Origin: Candidatus Dadabacteria bacterium
Lineage (GTDB): Bacteria; Desulfobacterota_D; UBA1144; Nemesobacterales; CSP1-2
NCBI GenBank assembly: GCA_963805855.1
Contig: CAWDVW010000007.1
Coordinates: 32,001-96,000 of the forward strand
Direction: 5' to 3'
Length of the DNA stretch: 64,000 nucleotides
In this document: positions 10,416 through 20,793 of the stretch, one piece after another
Position numbering within the stretch: the first letter of the stretch is position 1
Layout of the letters: every line of letters starts with the position of its first letter
Program-made: the position numbers and the translations under genes
Notes under the pieces: model-generated
Told to the model about the DNA's origin: nothing
Databases searched by the model: none
Seen by the model: the letters and a program-made list of their open reading frames with translations, nothing else

Positions 10416-12050
10416 TTAATTTTTGACCCCCTTAAGCTGAGGGAGAAATCGGCCACCTAGCATAATGGAACCCTGTTCTATGCCTTCCTTTAATCTTGAA
10501 ATTAAATATTCTTCGCTGGGTCCTAAGATGTTTACACCATGATCAGATTCTACTAAACAAAGTAATTTCATGTCTGAGCCATTTTGGTTCGCCAACTCAT
10601 AAACACAAGAATAGTTTAAAAGTGCGGCTTCCACAGTTCCACAGGGCATGGATGGGTTAGTCTCACCTGCGTGATATTCATTTTGTTTGAACCATCCCGG
10701 GTCAGGGTATCCGTGAAAGTGAAGGATTGGCATCCCGTCTTTGATCATATCAGGAGTATAGAGTGCTGCTGAAAGTGCCTGGGCAAGAATTACATATGTA
10801 TCAAAAGAAGGCCTGATATCCCTTCTGTTCAGATCAATCCCGACAGGTGTTTGAAGAAATAGCTTCCCTTGAACTAATCCGATTCTGACTACATCTGAGC
10901 TAGGGTCAAGGTTCGTCTTATCACATCCCGATCTGGAAGTTAAAATCCAAATATCAGGCACCTGCTGATAGTCTACTTTTTCCCTCATAACGGTTTTTAT
11001 GTATAATCTGCCGTTTTCGTTTTGCCTTACTATTTCACTGTTAACTCCGTCCAGCTTTGATAATTTATCCCATTCTTCAAATGTTAACTGTTTGGCACCT
11101 TCATATTTGGGGGCTTCTGCAATAGCGATAAATCCATATGATACGCCTGTCCTACCTTCGAAAATCTTTTCGACGACATCTCTATGAGATAGTCTGGTAA
11201 TTTTGTCGCTGAAACTTGAACCCTTCGGGAATAGGTCGGTGTGTTTTAAGTTTCTTCCCAGGTTTGCTAATTGATGTGCATATTCGGATTCACGCGGGTC
11301 AAATTCTCCCTTTATAAAACGATTTAGGACCGGAGGTTTAATTGGTGCATAAATTTTAGGGATGAATGAATTCAATATGAAATCGTCAAGTTGGGTTATC
11401 GGGAATGTGGAATCGGAAAGGTTCATATTAATTATCGAAATTCTATCTGCGGAGACACCAATAACTACCTCTGACATTGTTCGAATTATGTTCTTTAGTC
11501 CGATACTGATCTTTCGCTCATAAGGGGTATTGCTATCTGCAAATTCATCATCTAATGACATTAGTGTTACGACCTGAGTATTAAAGGGATCTTGAACATG
11601 CTTTTTTGTTAAGTCATCAGCCCATCCACTTGTCTTAATAATCTCAGTAACTGACTTATTAGGAGAGCGCAAAACGTAATATATCTTTTCCGCAAGATTA
11701 GTCATCAACCATCTGAACTTGGAATACGGTCTATCTACGTCAATCACAGCATTAATATTTCTTTTGACCTTCCTTATTCTGAACATTCTTGAGATCAGGC
11801 TCTCTTGCTGAATATCTGAAGCCCTGTTCCATTGTATTACATGAACACCGCATTGGGATAGCTTCTCATATAATCTGTATCGAAAGTCAATGATGGTTTT
11901 GTTGGCATAACCCTTGGGAAGAGGTCTAAAGGTAACTCTGACCTTCTCTGCCATCTGTTTTGGATCGCGAGGATTGACCAATTCCTTTTGTACGGGCATC
12001 CCCCCGAGACTTATTATGGTTTCCAGGTCCAGATCCGCCAATTCGGCCAT
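10416..12050 (-). CDS. Hypothetical 544-aa protein with a probable C-terminal class II aldolase-like domain
   Basis: Long ORF with GGAGG RBS; TSRSG, RPS, HFH, PCGT, DHG occur in class II aldolase order. Function is inference. Confidence 0.6.
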   Translation of the reverse strand: MAELADLDLETIISLGGMPVQKELVNPRDPKQMAEKVRVTFRPLPKGYANKTIIDFRYRLYEKLSQCGVHVIQWNRASDIQQESLISRMFRIRKVKRNINAVIDVDRPYSKFRWLMTNLAEKIYYVLRSPNKSVTEIIKTSGWADDLTKKHVQDPFNTQVVTLMSLDDEFADSNTPYERKISIGLKNIIRTMSEVVIGVSADRISIINMNLSDSTFPITQLDDFILNSFIPKIYAPIKPPVLNRFIKGEFDPRESEYAHQLANLGRNLKHTDLFPKGSSFSDKITRLSHRDVVEKIFEGRTGVSYGFIAIAEAPKYEGAKQLTFEEWDKLSKLDGVNSEIVRQNENGRLYIKTVMREKVDYQQVPDIWILTSRSGCDKTNLDPSSDVVRIGLVQGKLFLQTPVGIDLNRRDIRPSFDTYVILAQALSAALYTPDMIKDGMPILHFHGYPDPGWFKQNEYHAGETNPSMPCGTVEAALLNYSCVYELANQNGSDMKLLCLVESDHGVNILGPSEEYLISRLKEGIEQGSIMLGGRFLPQLKGVKN

Positions 12051-12273
12051 TCTAAGTTATCCTCCAAAACATCACCTGCTTGAGTATACCAATCTCTCCA
12101 ATAATTTTGAGAAAACCTTAAACTAATTAACTCTAAACGATTTTTTTTGCATCATCAACTTACTAAGAAAACTTTTAACGCTTCTCAATTGGCGAAAGAT
12201 GCATTAACACGGATGTGAATTAAATAAACCTTCGGATTGTAGTTAAGTTGCGCTCAGTTATTCTTGGCAAAAG

Positions 12274-13014
12274 CTAGGACGCGATTCGCATTGTGTCATA
12301 TTCACCTAACCCTTTCAACATACAATCTCGAACAAGGCTTTCAAGTTCTTCTCTCCCAGCTTTCCCTTGGGGCAGATTCTTTACATCTATGGGAGGAAAA
12401 ATTTTCATTGACATCGTACCAGGTTTTATCCACAGTGAACCTTTTGGCATAATTTCATGCCCTCCAGATATTACGACAGGCACAACGGGTACTCTAGCGA
12501 GCAACGCTATAACAAATCCACCTTTTTGGAATGGAAGGAGCTTTCCATCGGGGCTTCTTGTTCCCTCAGGAGCTAATATCAGAGGTGGCCCGTTTCTGAT
12601 TTGTTTTGCGATATTTTTGACTTGTTCAGTATCCCTCTTCGATCCATCCCGTGCAACGAAGTATTGACCGCTGAGTTTTGAAACCCACCCAACAAAAGGT
12701 ATCTTTGCCACCTCATCTTTCAAAATGGCCCTCCATTCTATGGGAAGGAAGCCGCAATAAAACGGTATATCAAGGGCACTTTGGTGATTGTACATGATTA
12801 CAGAGGGTCCATCGGGAATGTTATCGAGCCCTTCGATTCTGACCCTGATCCCGCAGCCCTTTATAAGACAATATCCCCAAGGTCTGGTTCCGTATCTTAT
12901 CACGTACTTTGGGGCTAGTATGGAAAGAATAACGCCGATACTACCTATGATAACTGTTACTAGAAAGGCTACAATCCAGCAATATATTGTTGTTATTAAC
13001 CGATATGCTTTCAT
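12274..13014 (-). CDS. plsC: 1-acyl-sn-glycerol-3-phosphate acyltransferase
   Basis: NHQSALD and PEGTRS motifs; N-terminal TM segment. Confidence 0.9.
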   Translation of the reverse strand: MKAYRLITTIYCWIVAFLVTVIIGSIGVILSILAPKYVIRYGTRPWGYCLIKGCGIRVRIEGLDNIPDGPSVIMYNHQSALDIPFYCGFLPIEWRAILKDEVAKIPFVGWVSKLSGQYFVARDGSKRDTEQVKNIAKQIRNGPPLILAPEGTRSPDGKLLPFQKGGFVIALLARVPVVPVVISGGHEIMPKGSLWIKPGTMSMKIFPPIDVKNLPQGKAGREELESLVRDCMLKGLGEYDTMRIAS

Positions 13015-13223
13015 TAAGTAATTATTGAAAAGTAACCACTATTGAGGTCGGTTTGTCAAGATTTTTACGGCAATTACTCTTTATTCTATGGTATTGTCAA
13101 TTATCAAATTCTTAGGGTGAGACCAAAAAAAATTTTTATTGACAAAGATTAGTATAGATGATAGTCGTAATTGAATAAAATTGAGAATTAGAATCTGTAA
13201 TTTTTCCTGTTCAATTTCAATCT

Positions 13224-14126
13224 ATGAAAAAGCTCGGACATTCTAAATTTGAATCGCTTTCGTGCATAAATTATTACATACTGATATTGATTATTTTTTT
13301 TACCGTGGCGTGTGCGCAGGGCTTCCCGGAGTTAAATCCCTCCAAGGAGACATCAACAGTTTCAGGTAAAGAGTGGAAGCCTCGCACCGGAGAGTATTCT
13401 GAGTTTTTCCGGACTGAGGAATTGGCCGGGGTTCCTTCAGAATTAGAGGACGTCATCAAGGAGCTAACGCTTTCCCAGTTGGTTGACGTAGCTCTTGTTA
13501 ACAATCCGACTACCTTACAGGCGTGGGAGCATGCAAAAGCCGCTGCCGCTGCTTGGGCGGTAGCCCGTGGGATATATTATCCCCAGATTGGCGGCTCTGC
13601 AGCTTATGCCTATTCAAAGAGTGGCGGTTCCACTCAAGGTCTGAATCAATTCCAAGAGCAGTACGGCCAGGTTGGTGCCACGCTCAACTATCTCCTCCTC
13701 GATTTCGGTGGGCGTAGCGCTCAGTCCGAGGCTGCGCGCCAAGCGCTATTTAGTGCAAACTGGAATCATAATCAGGCGATACAGGATGTCTGGAATGCAT
13801 ACTACAACTTCCGAACAGCAGCCCAGCAGCTGGAGGCAAGCGGGGTACTTGTGGCCAGTGCTAAGGAGTCTTACGATGCCTCTCTTACACGCTTCCGCTC
13901 TGGGGTAGGGGATATTGTGGAATTACTGAATGCTCAAACCTTGCTGGCTGAGGCGCGAGCAGAAATGGTTCAGTCTCGAACGAACACGTTTACTTCCTAT
14001 GCGGAGCTGGTACATGCAATTGGCGCTGAACTACCTTCAATAAATAATGGCAATTCTATTACCGAGCCTGAGAGTACCTCTGGAGCTGAAAATGAGGAGC
14101 ACTTGAGTCAGGTGAACTCGCCGTAG
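13224..14126 (+). CDS. TolC/outer membrane efflux protein with only one structural repeat (in-frame internal deletion; possibly a pseudogene)
   Basis: Lipobox-like TVAC, LTLSQLVDVALVNNP, YLLLDFGGR, then directly the C-terminal helices RFRSGVGDIVELLNAQ; 300 aa versus about 450-500 typical. Confidence 0.75.
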   Translation: MKKLGHSKFESLSCINYYILILIIFFTVACAQGFPELNPSKETSTVSGKEWKPRTGEYSEFFRTEELAGVPSELEDVIKELTLSQLVDVALVNNPTTLQAWEHAKAAAAAWAVARGIYYPQIGGSAAYAYSKSGGSTQGLNQFQEQYGQVGATLNYLLLDFGGRSAQSEAARQALFSANWNHNQAIQDVWNAYYNFRTAAQQLEASGVLVASAKESYDASLTRFRSGVGDIVELLNAQTLLAEARAEMVQSRTNTFTSYAELVHAIGAELPSINNGNSITEPESTSGAENEEHLSQVNSP

Positions 14127-14175
14127 TTGTTGCACCCAAGTAGGTCATGGGCTCCGAGAGGTTCAATCGATCTAG

Positions 14176-15468
14176 ATGCTTATATCGAGGCAATCAATCT
14201 TAATCTTATTCCCGCTGATTCTTGTTATCATAACCATGACAGTTAACTCCAGCGCCGAGAATCATCTTGATCGGACTGGTAACAACAATCGTAGTTTCAC
14301 AAATTTCCTCGGTTCATGGTCGAAGCAAGACTATTTAACGGGGAATTGGGGGGGTTACCGAGAAAAACTTAAAGATAAAGGTATCGACATATTTGGTTTC
14401 TATTATGCTACCGTTCTTGGAAATTCGATCGGAGGCAGATCTAAAGGGGTCTCTCACGCCGGTTTACTGGATCTATTTGTAAACTTAGATTTGGAAAAAT
14501 TAATCGGGGTCAAAGGATCGAGTTTTCGTATCTCCGGCTACTGGTCCTCGGGGCGTAGTCTGACCGAAAATTTTATCGGAAACTTTTTCAATGTCTCGAG
14601 CGCATTTAATGGAGATTCCGTAGGACTTTATCAGCTTTACTTCGAGCAATCTCTATTTGACGACATTTTAAACATTGCACTGGGCCGAATGGCTACCGGT
14701 GATGATTTTATGACCTCTCCCATTTTCTATAACTTTGTGAGCCTCGCATTCGATCAAAACCCTGTAAGTATCTTCTTCAACATTCCGTCTTTTACGGCCG
14801 ATCCGACTTCAACTTGGGGGGTCAGGGCTAAAGTTGCTCCAGTAAAGGAGTTTTATGCGATGTTTGGATTGTATGACTCCAATCCTGCTACCGGAAGAAT
14901 TAGTTTTAGGAATTTCGAGCCTTCGTTTAACGGAGAAGGCTTAATAATAGGCGAGGTGGGTTTTTCAGTTAACAATGACCGAGACTTGAAAGGGCTTTCT
15001 GGAAATTATAAGATTGGGGGATATTACGATACCAGTAACTTCCCTTTGTTATCAGCCCCAGAGGCTAAGAGGAGTGGAAATTATGGATTTTATTTACTCA
15101 TGGATCAGATGATTTATCGTGAGGGTGCGCCGGGGAGCGATCAGGGACTTACGCCCTTCGTAACATTTACCTTAGCTCCTTCAAATGACATAAATACTTT
15201 TCCATTTTTCTTCTCGACTGGAATGGTTTACGAGGGATTATTCCCCAGCAGGGATACTGACACAACCTCATTTGGTTTTTCTTACGGAAAGGTCAGTAAA
15301 GACCTGATTGGACAAGACTTTGAAATCCTCATGGAGTTAACCCACATCTTTAATATAACTCCTTGGTTAAGTGTTCAGCCCGATATACAGTATGTTATAC
15401 ACCCGGGTGGCTCAAGTGAGATACCGAACGCATTTGTGATTGGATTTGCCTTGGACGTAAAATTGTAA
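14176..15468 (+). CDS. Carbohydrate-selective porin, OprB family
   Basis: DYLTGNWGG N-terminal motif, QPDIQYVIHPGG C-terminal motif, signal peptide. Confidence 0.9.
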   Translation: MLISRQSILILFPLILVIITMTVNSSAENHLDRTGNNNRSFTNFLGSWSKQDYLTGNWGGYREKLKDKGIDIFGFYYATVLGNSIGGRSKGVSHAGLLDLFVNLDLEKLIGVKGSSFRISGYWSSGRSLTENFIGNFFNVSSAFNGDSVGLYQLYFEQSLFDDILNIALGRMATGDDFMTSPIFYNFVSLAFDQNPVSIFFNIPSFTADPTSTWGVRAKVAPVKEFYAMFGLYDSNPATGRISFRNFEPSFNGEGLIIGEVGFSVNNDRDLKGLSGNYKIGGYYDTSNFPLLSAPEAKRSGNYGFYLLMDQMIYREGAPGSDQGLTPFVTFTLAPSNDINTFPFFFSTGMVYEGLFPSRDTDTTSFGFSYGKVSKDLIGQDFEILMELTHIFNITPWLSVQPDIQYVIHPGGSSEIPNAFVIGFALDVKL

Positions 15469-15623
15469 CATCTGCTGCTTTTCCAAAGATTACGCTTTTA
15501 ATACTCGGCCCCCTAGACGAAGAATCTGCAATTCTGACCCATCTTTTATTGAAATCGATATTCCCCTGTGTGATAATGACAGATTATTAATATCCCTTAC
15601 GCGATTTTTAGGAGGAAATTCAG

Positions 15624-16439
15624 ATGGTGATCAATAATGACGGCGTATTGAAAGGGCAGCGAGCGCTCGTAACCGGATCCAGCTCAGGTATAGGAAGGGA
15701 AGTGGCAATTGAGCTTGCCAAGGCTGGAGCCTCTGTTGTTATTAACTATAGGGCAGGCGGTGATAAGGCTAGACAGGTGGTCCAAGAGATTAAGGATTCG
15801 GGAGGAGAGGCTATAGGGCTGCAGGCCGACGTCAGTAAAGAGGATGACGTTCAGCGTATGTTTAAGGAAATGGTCGATGCGTATGGAAGCATCGATATAC
15901 TGGTTAACAATGCAGGGATGCAAAGAGATGCCCCATTTCAAGAAATGACCCTCGAGCAATGGTATGCAGTAATCTCCGTGGATTTAACGGGTCAGTTCCT
16001 CTGTTCCAGAGAGGCTGTTAGAGAATTTTTAAGAAGGGGGATCGTTCCGGAATTGTCGAGCGCAATGGGGAAAATCATATGTATGTCCTCGGTGCATGAT
16101 GCCATCCCATGGGCCGGTCATGCGAATTATGCTGCCTCTAAAGGTGGGGTCAGTATGCTGATGAAAACACTTGCCCAGGAGCTTGCTCCTAATCGTATCC
16201 GTGTGAATGCCATTTCTCCCGGTGCCATTAAGACCGATATAAATAAATCTGTATGGGGTACTCCGGAGGGCATGCAGGGATTGCTCGAGTTAATTCCGTA
16301 TGGCCGTATTGGAGAGGTTTCCGATATTGCGAGGGCCGCAGTATGGCTGGCTTCTGATGATTCAGACTATGTAACTGGAGCCACACTTTATGTGGACGGT
16401 GGTATGACTCTTTATCCTAGTTTTCGAACCGGTGGTTGA
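15624..16439 (+). CDS. Glucose 1-dehydrogenase-like SDR
   Basis: TGSSSGIG, NNAG, SSVH..IPW, YAASKGG, YVDGGMTLYP. Confidence 0.85.
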   Translation: MVINNDGVLKGQRALVTGSSSGIGREVAIELAKAGASVVINYRAGGDKARQVVQEIKDSGGEAIGLQADVSKEDDVQRMFKEMVDAYGSIDILVNNAGMQRDAPFQEMTLEQWYAVISVDLTGQFLCSREAVREFLRRGIVPELSSAMGKIICMSSVHDAIPWAGHANYAASKGGVSMLMKTLAQELAPNRIRVNAISPGAIKTDINKSVWGTPEGMQGLLELIPYGRIGEVSDIARAAVWLASDDSDYVTGATLYVDGGMTLYPSFRTGG

Positions 16440-16504
16440 CGCATCGGATTAAGAGTTAGACATTGATCTATCGATCTCGAGTATCAACATTTCAATTGGG
16501 AAAC

Positions 16505-17401
16505 ATGAGTGATAAAATTCGGAAACTCGAGGCTGTTCTGGCATTACGGGCAGATGCGATTGTTGGTGAGTCGCCTGTTTGGAGTGCCAGTGAGAATTTA
16601 TTGTATTGGGTCGACATTACTAGAGGATTGATTCACCGTTATAATCCAAGTAGTGGTCTTGATGAGAAATTTAAGGTTCCGCAGCCAGTTTCTGCGCTTG
16701 CGTTGCGAGAAAAAGGGGGATTAGTGTTGGCTTTAAGGGACGGGTTTGCGTTTTTTGATCCCACAAGTGGCGAATTAGAGACGATTGGCGATCCTGAAGA
16801 GAATCTTCCAGACAACCGATTCAATGATGCAAAATGCGATCCTCAGGGTCGTTTCTGGGGTGGAACGATGTCGAATACGCGTTGGAACGAACCTTCGGGG
16901 AGTCTTTATCGGCTTGACCCGGATCTTAAAATCGCGAAGATGAGGGGAGAAGTTGTCTGTTCCAATGGCATGGGTTGGAGTCCCGGTGGCAAAACAATGT
17001 ATCACACGGAGAGCTTTCGCTACGCTATTTATGCTTATGATTTCGCCCCGTCTAGCGGCGATATTTCTAATCGCAGGGTGTTCGCGACCGTCGATCAGAA
17101 CACCGGGGGTTTCCCGGACGGGTTGACTGTTGATCAGGACGGTTTTGTGTGGAGCGTCCATAATGCTGTGGCAAAGGTCGTGCGCTACAATCCTCTCGGC
17201 GTGATCGTGGAGGAGATCGAGGTTCCGGTTCCCCGCCCGTGCGGTTGCACCTTTGGCGGAGAGCACTTTGATAGGCTTTACATAACGACTGCGAGAGAGA
17301 CCTTAACTGATGAAACGCTCAGGGAGATACCACTCTGTGGAAGTATTTTTGTAGTTGACCCTGGGGTGAAAGGGTTTCCTGAGCCACTTTTTAAAGGTTA
17401 G
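16505..17401 (+). CDS. SMP-30/gluconolactonase/LRE family protein
   Basis: GESPVW, RFNDAKCDPQGR, SNGMGWSP, PDGLTVD, LYITTA. Confidence 0.9.
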   Translation: MSDKIRKLEAVLALRADAIVGESPVWSASENLLYWVDITRGLIHRYNPSSGLDEKFKVPQPVSALALREKGGLVLALRDGFAFFDPTSGELETIGDPEENLPDNRFNDAKCDPQGRFWGGTMSNTRWNEPSGSLYRLDPDLKIAKMRGEVVCSNGMGWSPGGKTMYHTESFRYAIYAYDFAPSSGDISNRRVFATVDQNTGGFPDGLTVDQDGFVWSVHNAVAKVVRYNPLGVIVEEIEVPVPRPCGCTFGGEHFDRLYITTARETLTDETLREIPLCGSIFVVDPGVKGFPEPLFKG

Positions 17402-17430
17402 GGTTCCTCTTAGATGCTAAAGGGATCCGA

Positions 17431-17520
17431 CCGTGCTGAGCTCGTCGAAGCACGGAGTCGAAGCTTGGACTTACGCTTTCTCATCCTTCGACGCTTCGAT
17501 TGTACTTCGGGCTCAGCATG
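17431..17520. repeat. REP-like element (CTGAG...TCGAAG / CTTCGA...CTCAG family)
   Basis: CCGTGCTGAGCTCGTCGAAGCACGG and CCTTCGAC...GGGCTCAGC. Confidence 0.6.
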
Positions 17521-17571
17521 TATGGGTCATTAGGTAGACATTCGAGAAAAATGGGACAGCAGATGTAAACC

Positions 17572-18342
17572 ATGGACATCTTATATTTTAAAATCATTGC
17601 GATAGTAGTTGTCTTCGCAGTAGGTCTTTCAAGCGGACTATTGCCTTTAAAATTCGAGCTGTCAGAAAAAAACCGGGTGTTCTTCTCGGTTGGGAATTCA
17701 TTTGCTGGCGGAATATTTTTGGGAGTCGGTTTGCTACACATGCTCCCCGATGGTTTGTTGCTATTGAGCGGTGTTAGCAAATACCCCTTTGCATTACTTT
17801 TGTGCGGTGTAAGCCTTGGCGTGTTGCTTTTTCTGGAGAAGGTTCTACTTATTCAGCATGAACTACATGACCTAGATAGAATTAATAGAAGTAATTCCAT
17901 GTATCCATATTTATTGGCTGTAGTCCTTTCGATACATTCATTTATCGCTGGTGTTGCACTTGGAATAGAAACAACGATTTTTGCTACAATCGTCATATTC
18001 ATCGCAATCATTGCCCATAAGGGTTCGGCGGCACTTGCGCTTGGAATCAGCATGAGAAAAGCCGGCTTCATAAAACCATTACACCTCAAGGTTGTAGCAC
18101 TTTTTACTATCATGACACCGTCTGGAATAATTATTGGCTCGATACTTTCGAACATCTTCTCAGATTCAATAAGTCGCGAGTTAGAAGGCGTGTTCGATTC
18201 ACTTGCAGCCGGTACATTTCTCTATGTTTCTGTACTTGATATAATTGAGGAGGAATTTTCAATCCCGGGCAATGAGTGGCTAAAATTCTCGTCGATTATA
18301 GTGGGGTTTCTATTGATGTCGACCCTAGCTTTATGGTCCTAA
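17572..18342 (+). CDS. ZIP family metal transporter
   Basis: FAGGIFLGVGLLHMLPD, SIHSFIAG, IIAHKG, AAGTFLYV; multiple TM segments. Confidence 0.9.
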   Translation: MDILYFKIIAIVVVFAVGLSSGLLPLKFELSEKNRVFFSVGNSFAGGIFLGVGLLHMLPDGLLLLSGVSKYPFALLLCGVSLGVLLFLEKVLLIQHELHDLDRINRSNSMYPYLLAVVLSIHSFIAGVALGIETTIFATIVIFIAIIAHKGSAALALGISMRKAGFIKPLHLKVVALFTIMTPSGIIIGSILSNIFSDSISRELEGVFDSLAAGTFLYVSVLDIIEEEFSIPGNEWLKFSSIIVGFLLMSTLALWS

Positions 18343-18351
18343 AGCCAGACG

Positions 18352-19452
18352 CTAACTGAACAGATTATTGATGTCATCTATTGAAGCAGGCGGTAGTTTT
18401 GCGACCCGCATGTTTTCTTCGACATGGTTAATTTTGCTCATGCCTACGAGTGCTGACGTAATCCCAGGGGTCGAGCGGACGAATTGTACCGCCCTCTGCG
18501 CATCGGTATCCAGATCTCTTAAGTGTTTCCCTATAAAGTCTGGAAGATTTTGTGTTAGTTGTTTTTGTAATAGAGACGAACTTGCTATAACAGTCACGCC
18601 CAGCCTGCGGGCAGACTCGAGAACAGTCAGCATCTCTCCATCCAGACTCTGATTTCTCAATATCAGAGGTTCCGTCATTGCCAAGTTAAATGGTAGTTGT
18701 ATGACTTTAAAGTGATGCTCTTTCCCAGCAATCTTTTCAGCTAAATGAACGAACTCTGGTAGGGATAAACCGCTATCATGTTTCACTTCCTGTCTATAAC
18801 CGTTCCATGTGGCAGTACCATACATCGTAATTTTTCCATCCGAGACTTTCCTTTCCAAGAGTTCAAAAACATTAACTATGCATTTATTAAATTCTTCCTT
18901 CGAGAGTTCTCGTAGTTGTTCTTCGGGATTATGCAGATAATAAATATCTATCGATTCGAGGCCTAAATTTTCAAGGCTTGTTTCAAGCTGATTGGCGATG
19001 TATGTTGGGGTCATACAATGCATTCCGGATACTATATCATCAAGCGTAGCAATTCCTGGTTCTAAGAAGTTTTCATCGAAGTATTTTCGGATGTCTGGGG
19101 GAGGTTCGGAGTCAAAGGGAATATAACCACCTTTCGTTGCAAGAATCAGTTCATCTCTATGAACGTTCCCCTCATTAAATACAGTTTCAAGGGCGGACCC
19201 TATTGCACGTTCACTCCTTTGGAATCTGTAATTTATTGCGGTGTCGATGTGATTACAACCCAGACCTATTGCATGTTTTAATGCATTTTGATAACTGATG
19301 TCGGTTGCATCGTCATGGTTTCCAAGGTACGAGCCAAAGCCAATGGATGATATCCATAGATCCTGAATCTCTCTAAAGTGGTCATGGCTGACGCGGTCCC
19401 CTAACTTTTCCCTATAGCGAAGAGTCCCCTCTTTCGTAGCGTATTCTTTCAT
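18352..19452 (-). CDS. Aldo/keto reductase
   Basis: IDTAINYR, ILATKGG, IDIYYLHNPE, IQLPFN, VGMS. Confidence 0.9.
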   Translation of the reverse strand: MKEYATKEGTLRYREKLGDRVSHDHFREIQDLWISSIGFGSYLGNHDDATDISYQNALKHAIGLGCNHIDTAINYRFQRSERAIGSALETVFNEGNVHRDELILATKGGYIPFDSEPPPDIRKYFDENFLEPGIATLDDIVSGMHCMTPTYIANQLETSLENLGLESIDIYYLHNPEEQLRELSKEEFNKCIVNVFELLERKVSDGKITMYGTATWNGYRQEVKHDSGLSLPEFVHLAEKIAGKEHHFKVIQLPFNLAMTEPLILRNQSLDGEMLTVLESARRLGVTVIASSSLLQKQLTQNLPDFIGKHLRDLDTDAQRAVQFVRSTPGITSALVGMSKINHVEENMRVAKLPPASIDDINNLFS

Positions 19453-19733
19453 TGTGTCTATTTCATAAAAATTATGAGTCTAAATGAATTGTCAAAGATT
19501 TTTACCAATCTCACGAGATACGACAATATTTATTTCTACATCACCCTACTAACCCATTACCCATTTACAATTTTACAGGAAATTCATAAGGATGAACCTT
19601 TCCCATCTAGATTAGTTTCTTAATCTAGTAACAGTACCATAGGATAGGGCTGATTCTTAAGTTACTTCGCTTTTAAGATGGATTAACCTGATGGAAGTTT
19701 ATGGGTTTTCCCAGCGAGGAACTTCTTAAAGCT

Positions 19734-19937
19734 TCAGTTAACCTTAGTAACGTTGCTGGCTTGGAGTCCTTTTGGGCCTTGAGTCACTTCAAACTCAACC
19801 TCATCGCCTTCAACTAGGGACTTGAATCCGGATGACTGAATTTCGCTGTAATGAACGAAAACATCATCACCGCCGTCCTGCTCTATAAATCCAAAGCCTT
19901 TGGATTCGTTAAACCACTTGACTTTACCTTTACTCAA
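19734..19937 (-). CDS. Cold-shock protein (CspA family)
   Basis: [32 protein letters not shown] before a TTG start. Confidence 0.95.
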   Translation of the reverse strand: MSKGKVKWFNESKGFGFIEQDGGDDVFVHYSEIQSSGFKSLVEGDEVEFEVTQGPKGLQASNVTKVN

Positions 19938-20120
19938 AATAATGTCTCCTTAAAATGAATCTGATAAAGCATACATCTCTTTATAAGTTTGTCAAATTAT
20001 TGATCTCGTGGGAGCAAGTATGACGTCGTAATTTCTATTGACAGATAAACTACGACTATATAGCCTAATTAACACTTAAAGTTTTATTTGAGATCTTAAA
20101 TCCGAGGAGGTATTCGAATT

Positions 20121-20642
20121 ATGGCACAGGAAAGGCCTGGAGCTGTAAAAATGAAAGGAAATCCTGTTACTTTATTGGGTCCAGAAATAAAGGTTGGTGA
20201 CAAGGCTCCGGAGTTCAATGCGATTGAAGCCTTGGGTTCTCCCCCGGTCACATTGGATAGTCTGAAGGGAAAGGTAAAAGTATTTAATGTTGTAGTGTCG
20301 GTTGACACACCTGTCTGTGATGTTCAAACAAAACGCTTCAATCAAGAGGCGGCAAGCCTTCCGGGAGATGTGGAAATTCTTACAGTCAGTGTGGATCTTC
20401 CATTTGCACTGAAGCGTTATTGCGGGGCGGCAGGAATTGATAAGGTAAGAACAATTTCCGATTATCGCGATGCGAATTTTGGGGAGGCTTATGGAGTATT
20501 GATGAAGGAAAATCGGCTTCTAGCTAGAGCCGTCTTTGTAGTAGATAAGAATGATACAGTTCAGTATGCCGAATATGTTGATGAAGTGACGCACGAGCCA
20601 AACTACGACGGAGCGCTTGCCGCGATCAAGAAGGTCGCTTAG
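20121..20642 (+). CDS. tpx: Thiol peroxidase (atypical 2-Cys peroxiredoxin)
   Basis: SVDTPVC, DLPFALKRYC, RLLARAVFVVD, EPNYD. Confidence 0.93.
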   Translation: MAQERPGAVKMKGNPVTLLGPEIKVGDKAPEFNAIEALGSPPVTLDSLKGKVKVFNVVVSVDTPVCDVQTKRFNQEAASLPGDVEILTVSVDLPFALKRYCGAAGIDKVRTISDYRDANFGEAYGVLMKENRLLARAVFVVDKNDTVQYAEYVDEVTHEPNYDGALAAIKKVA

Positions 20643-20793
20643 CATTCGCTCATTATTTATCACCGTGACCCCCTGCATCTAAGGGTTCAATCGATCCTCT
20701 TTCAAATGTAGGATTATGCTCGGGGCTTTTTAATTTATTAATTCTTGGTGTATCATTAAAAGAGATAAATGAGCATACAAAGGAGAGAATGTC

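Noticed and set aside
19453-19733. Possible ncRNA between the reductase and csp genes
   Set aside because: Only short imperfect hairpins and no recognisable family motif; would need a covariance-model search.
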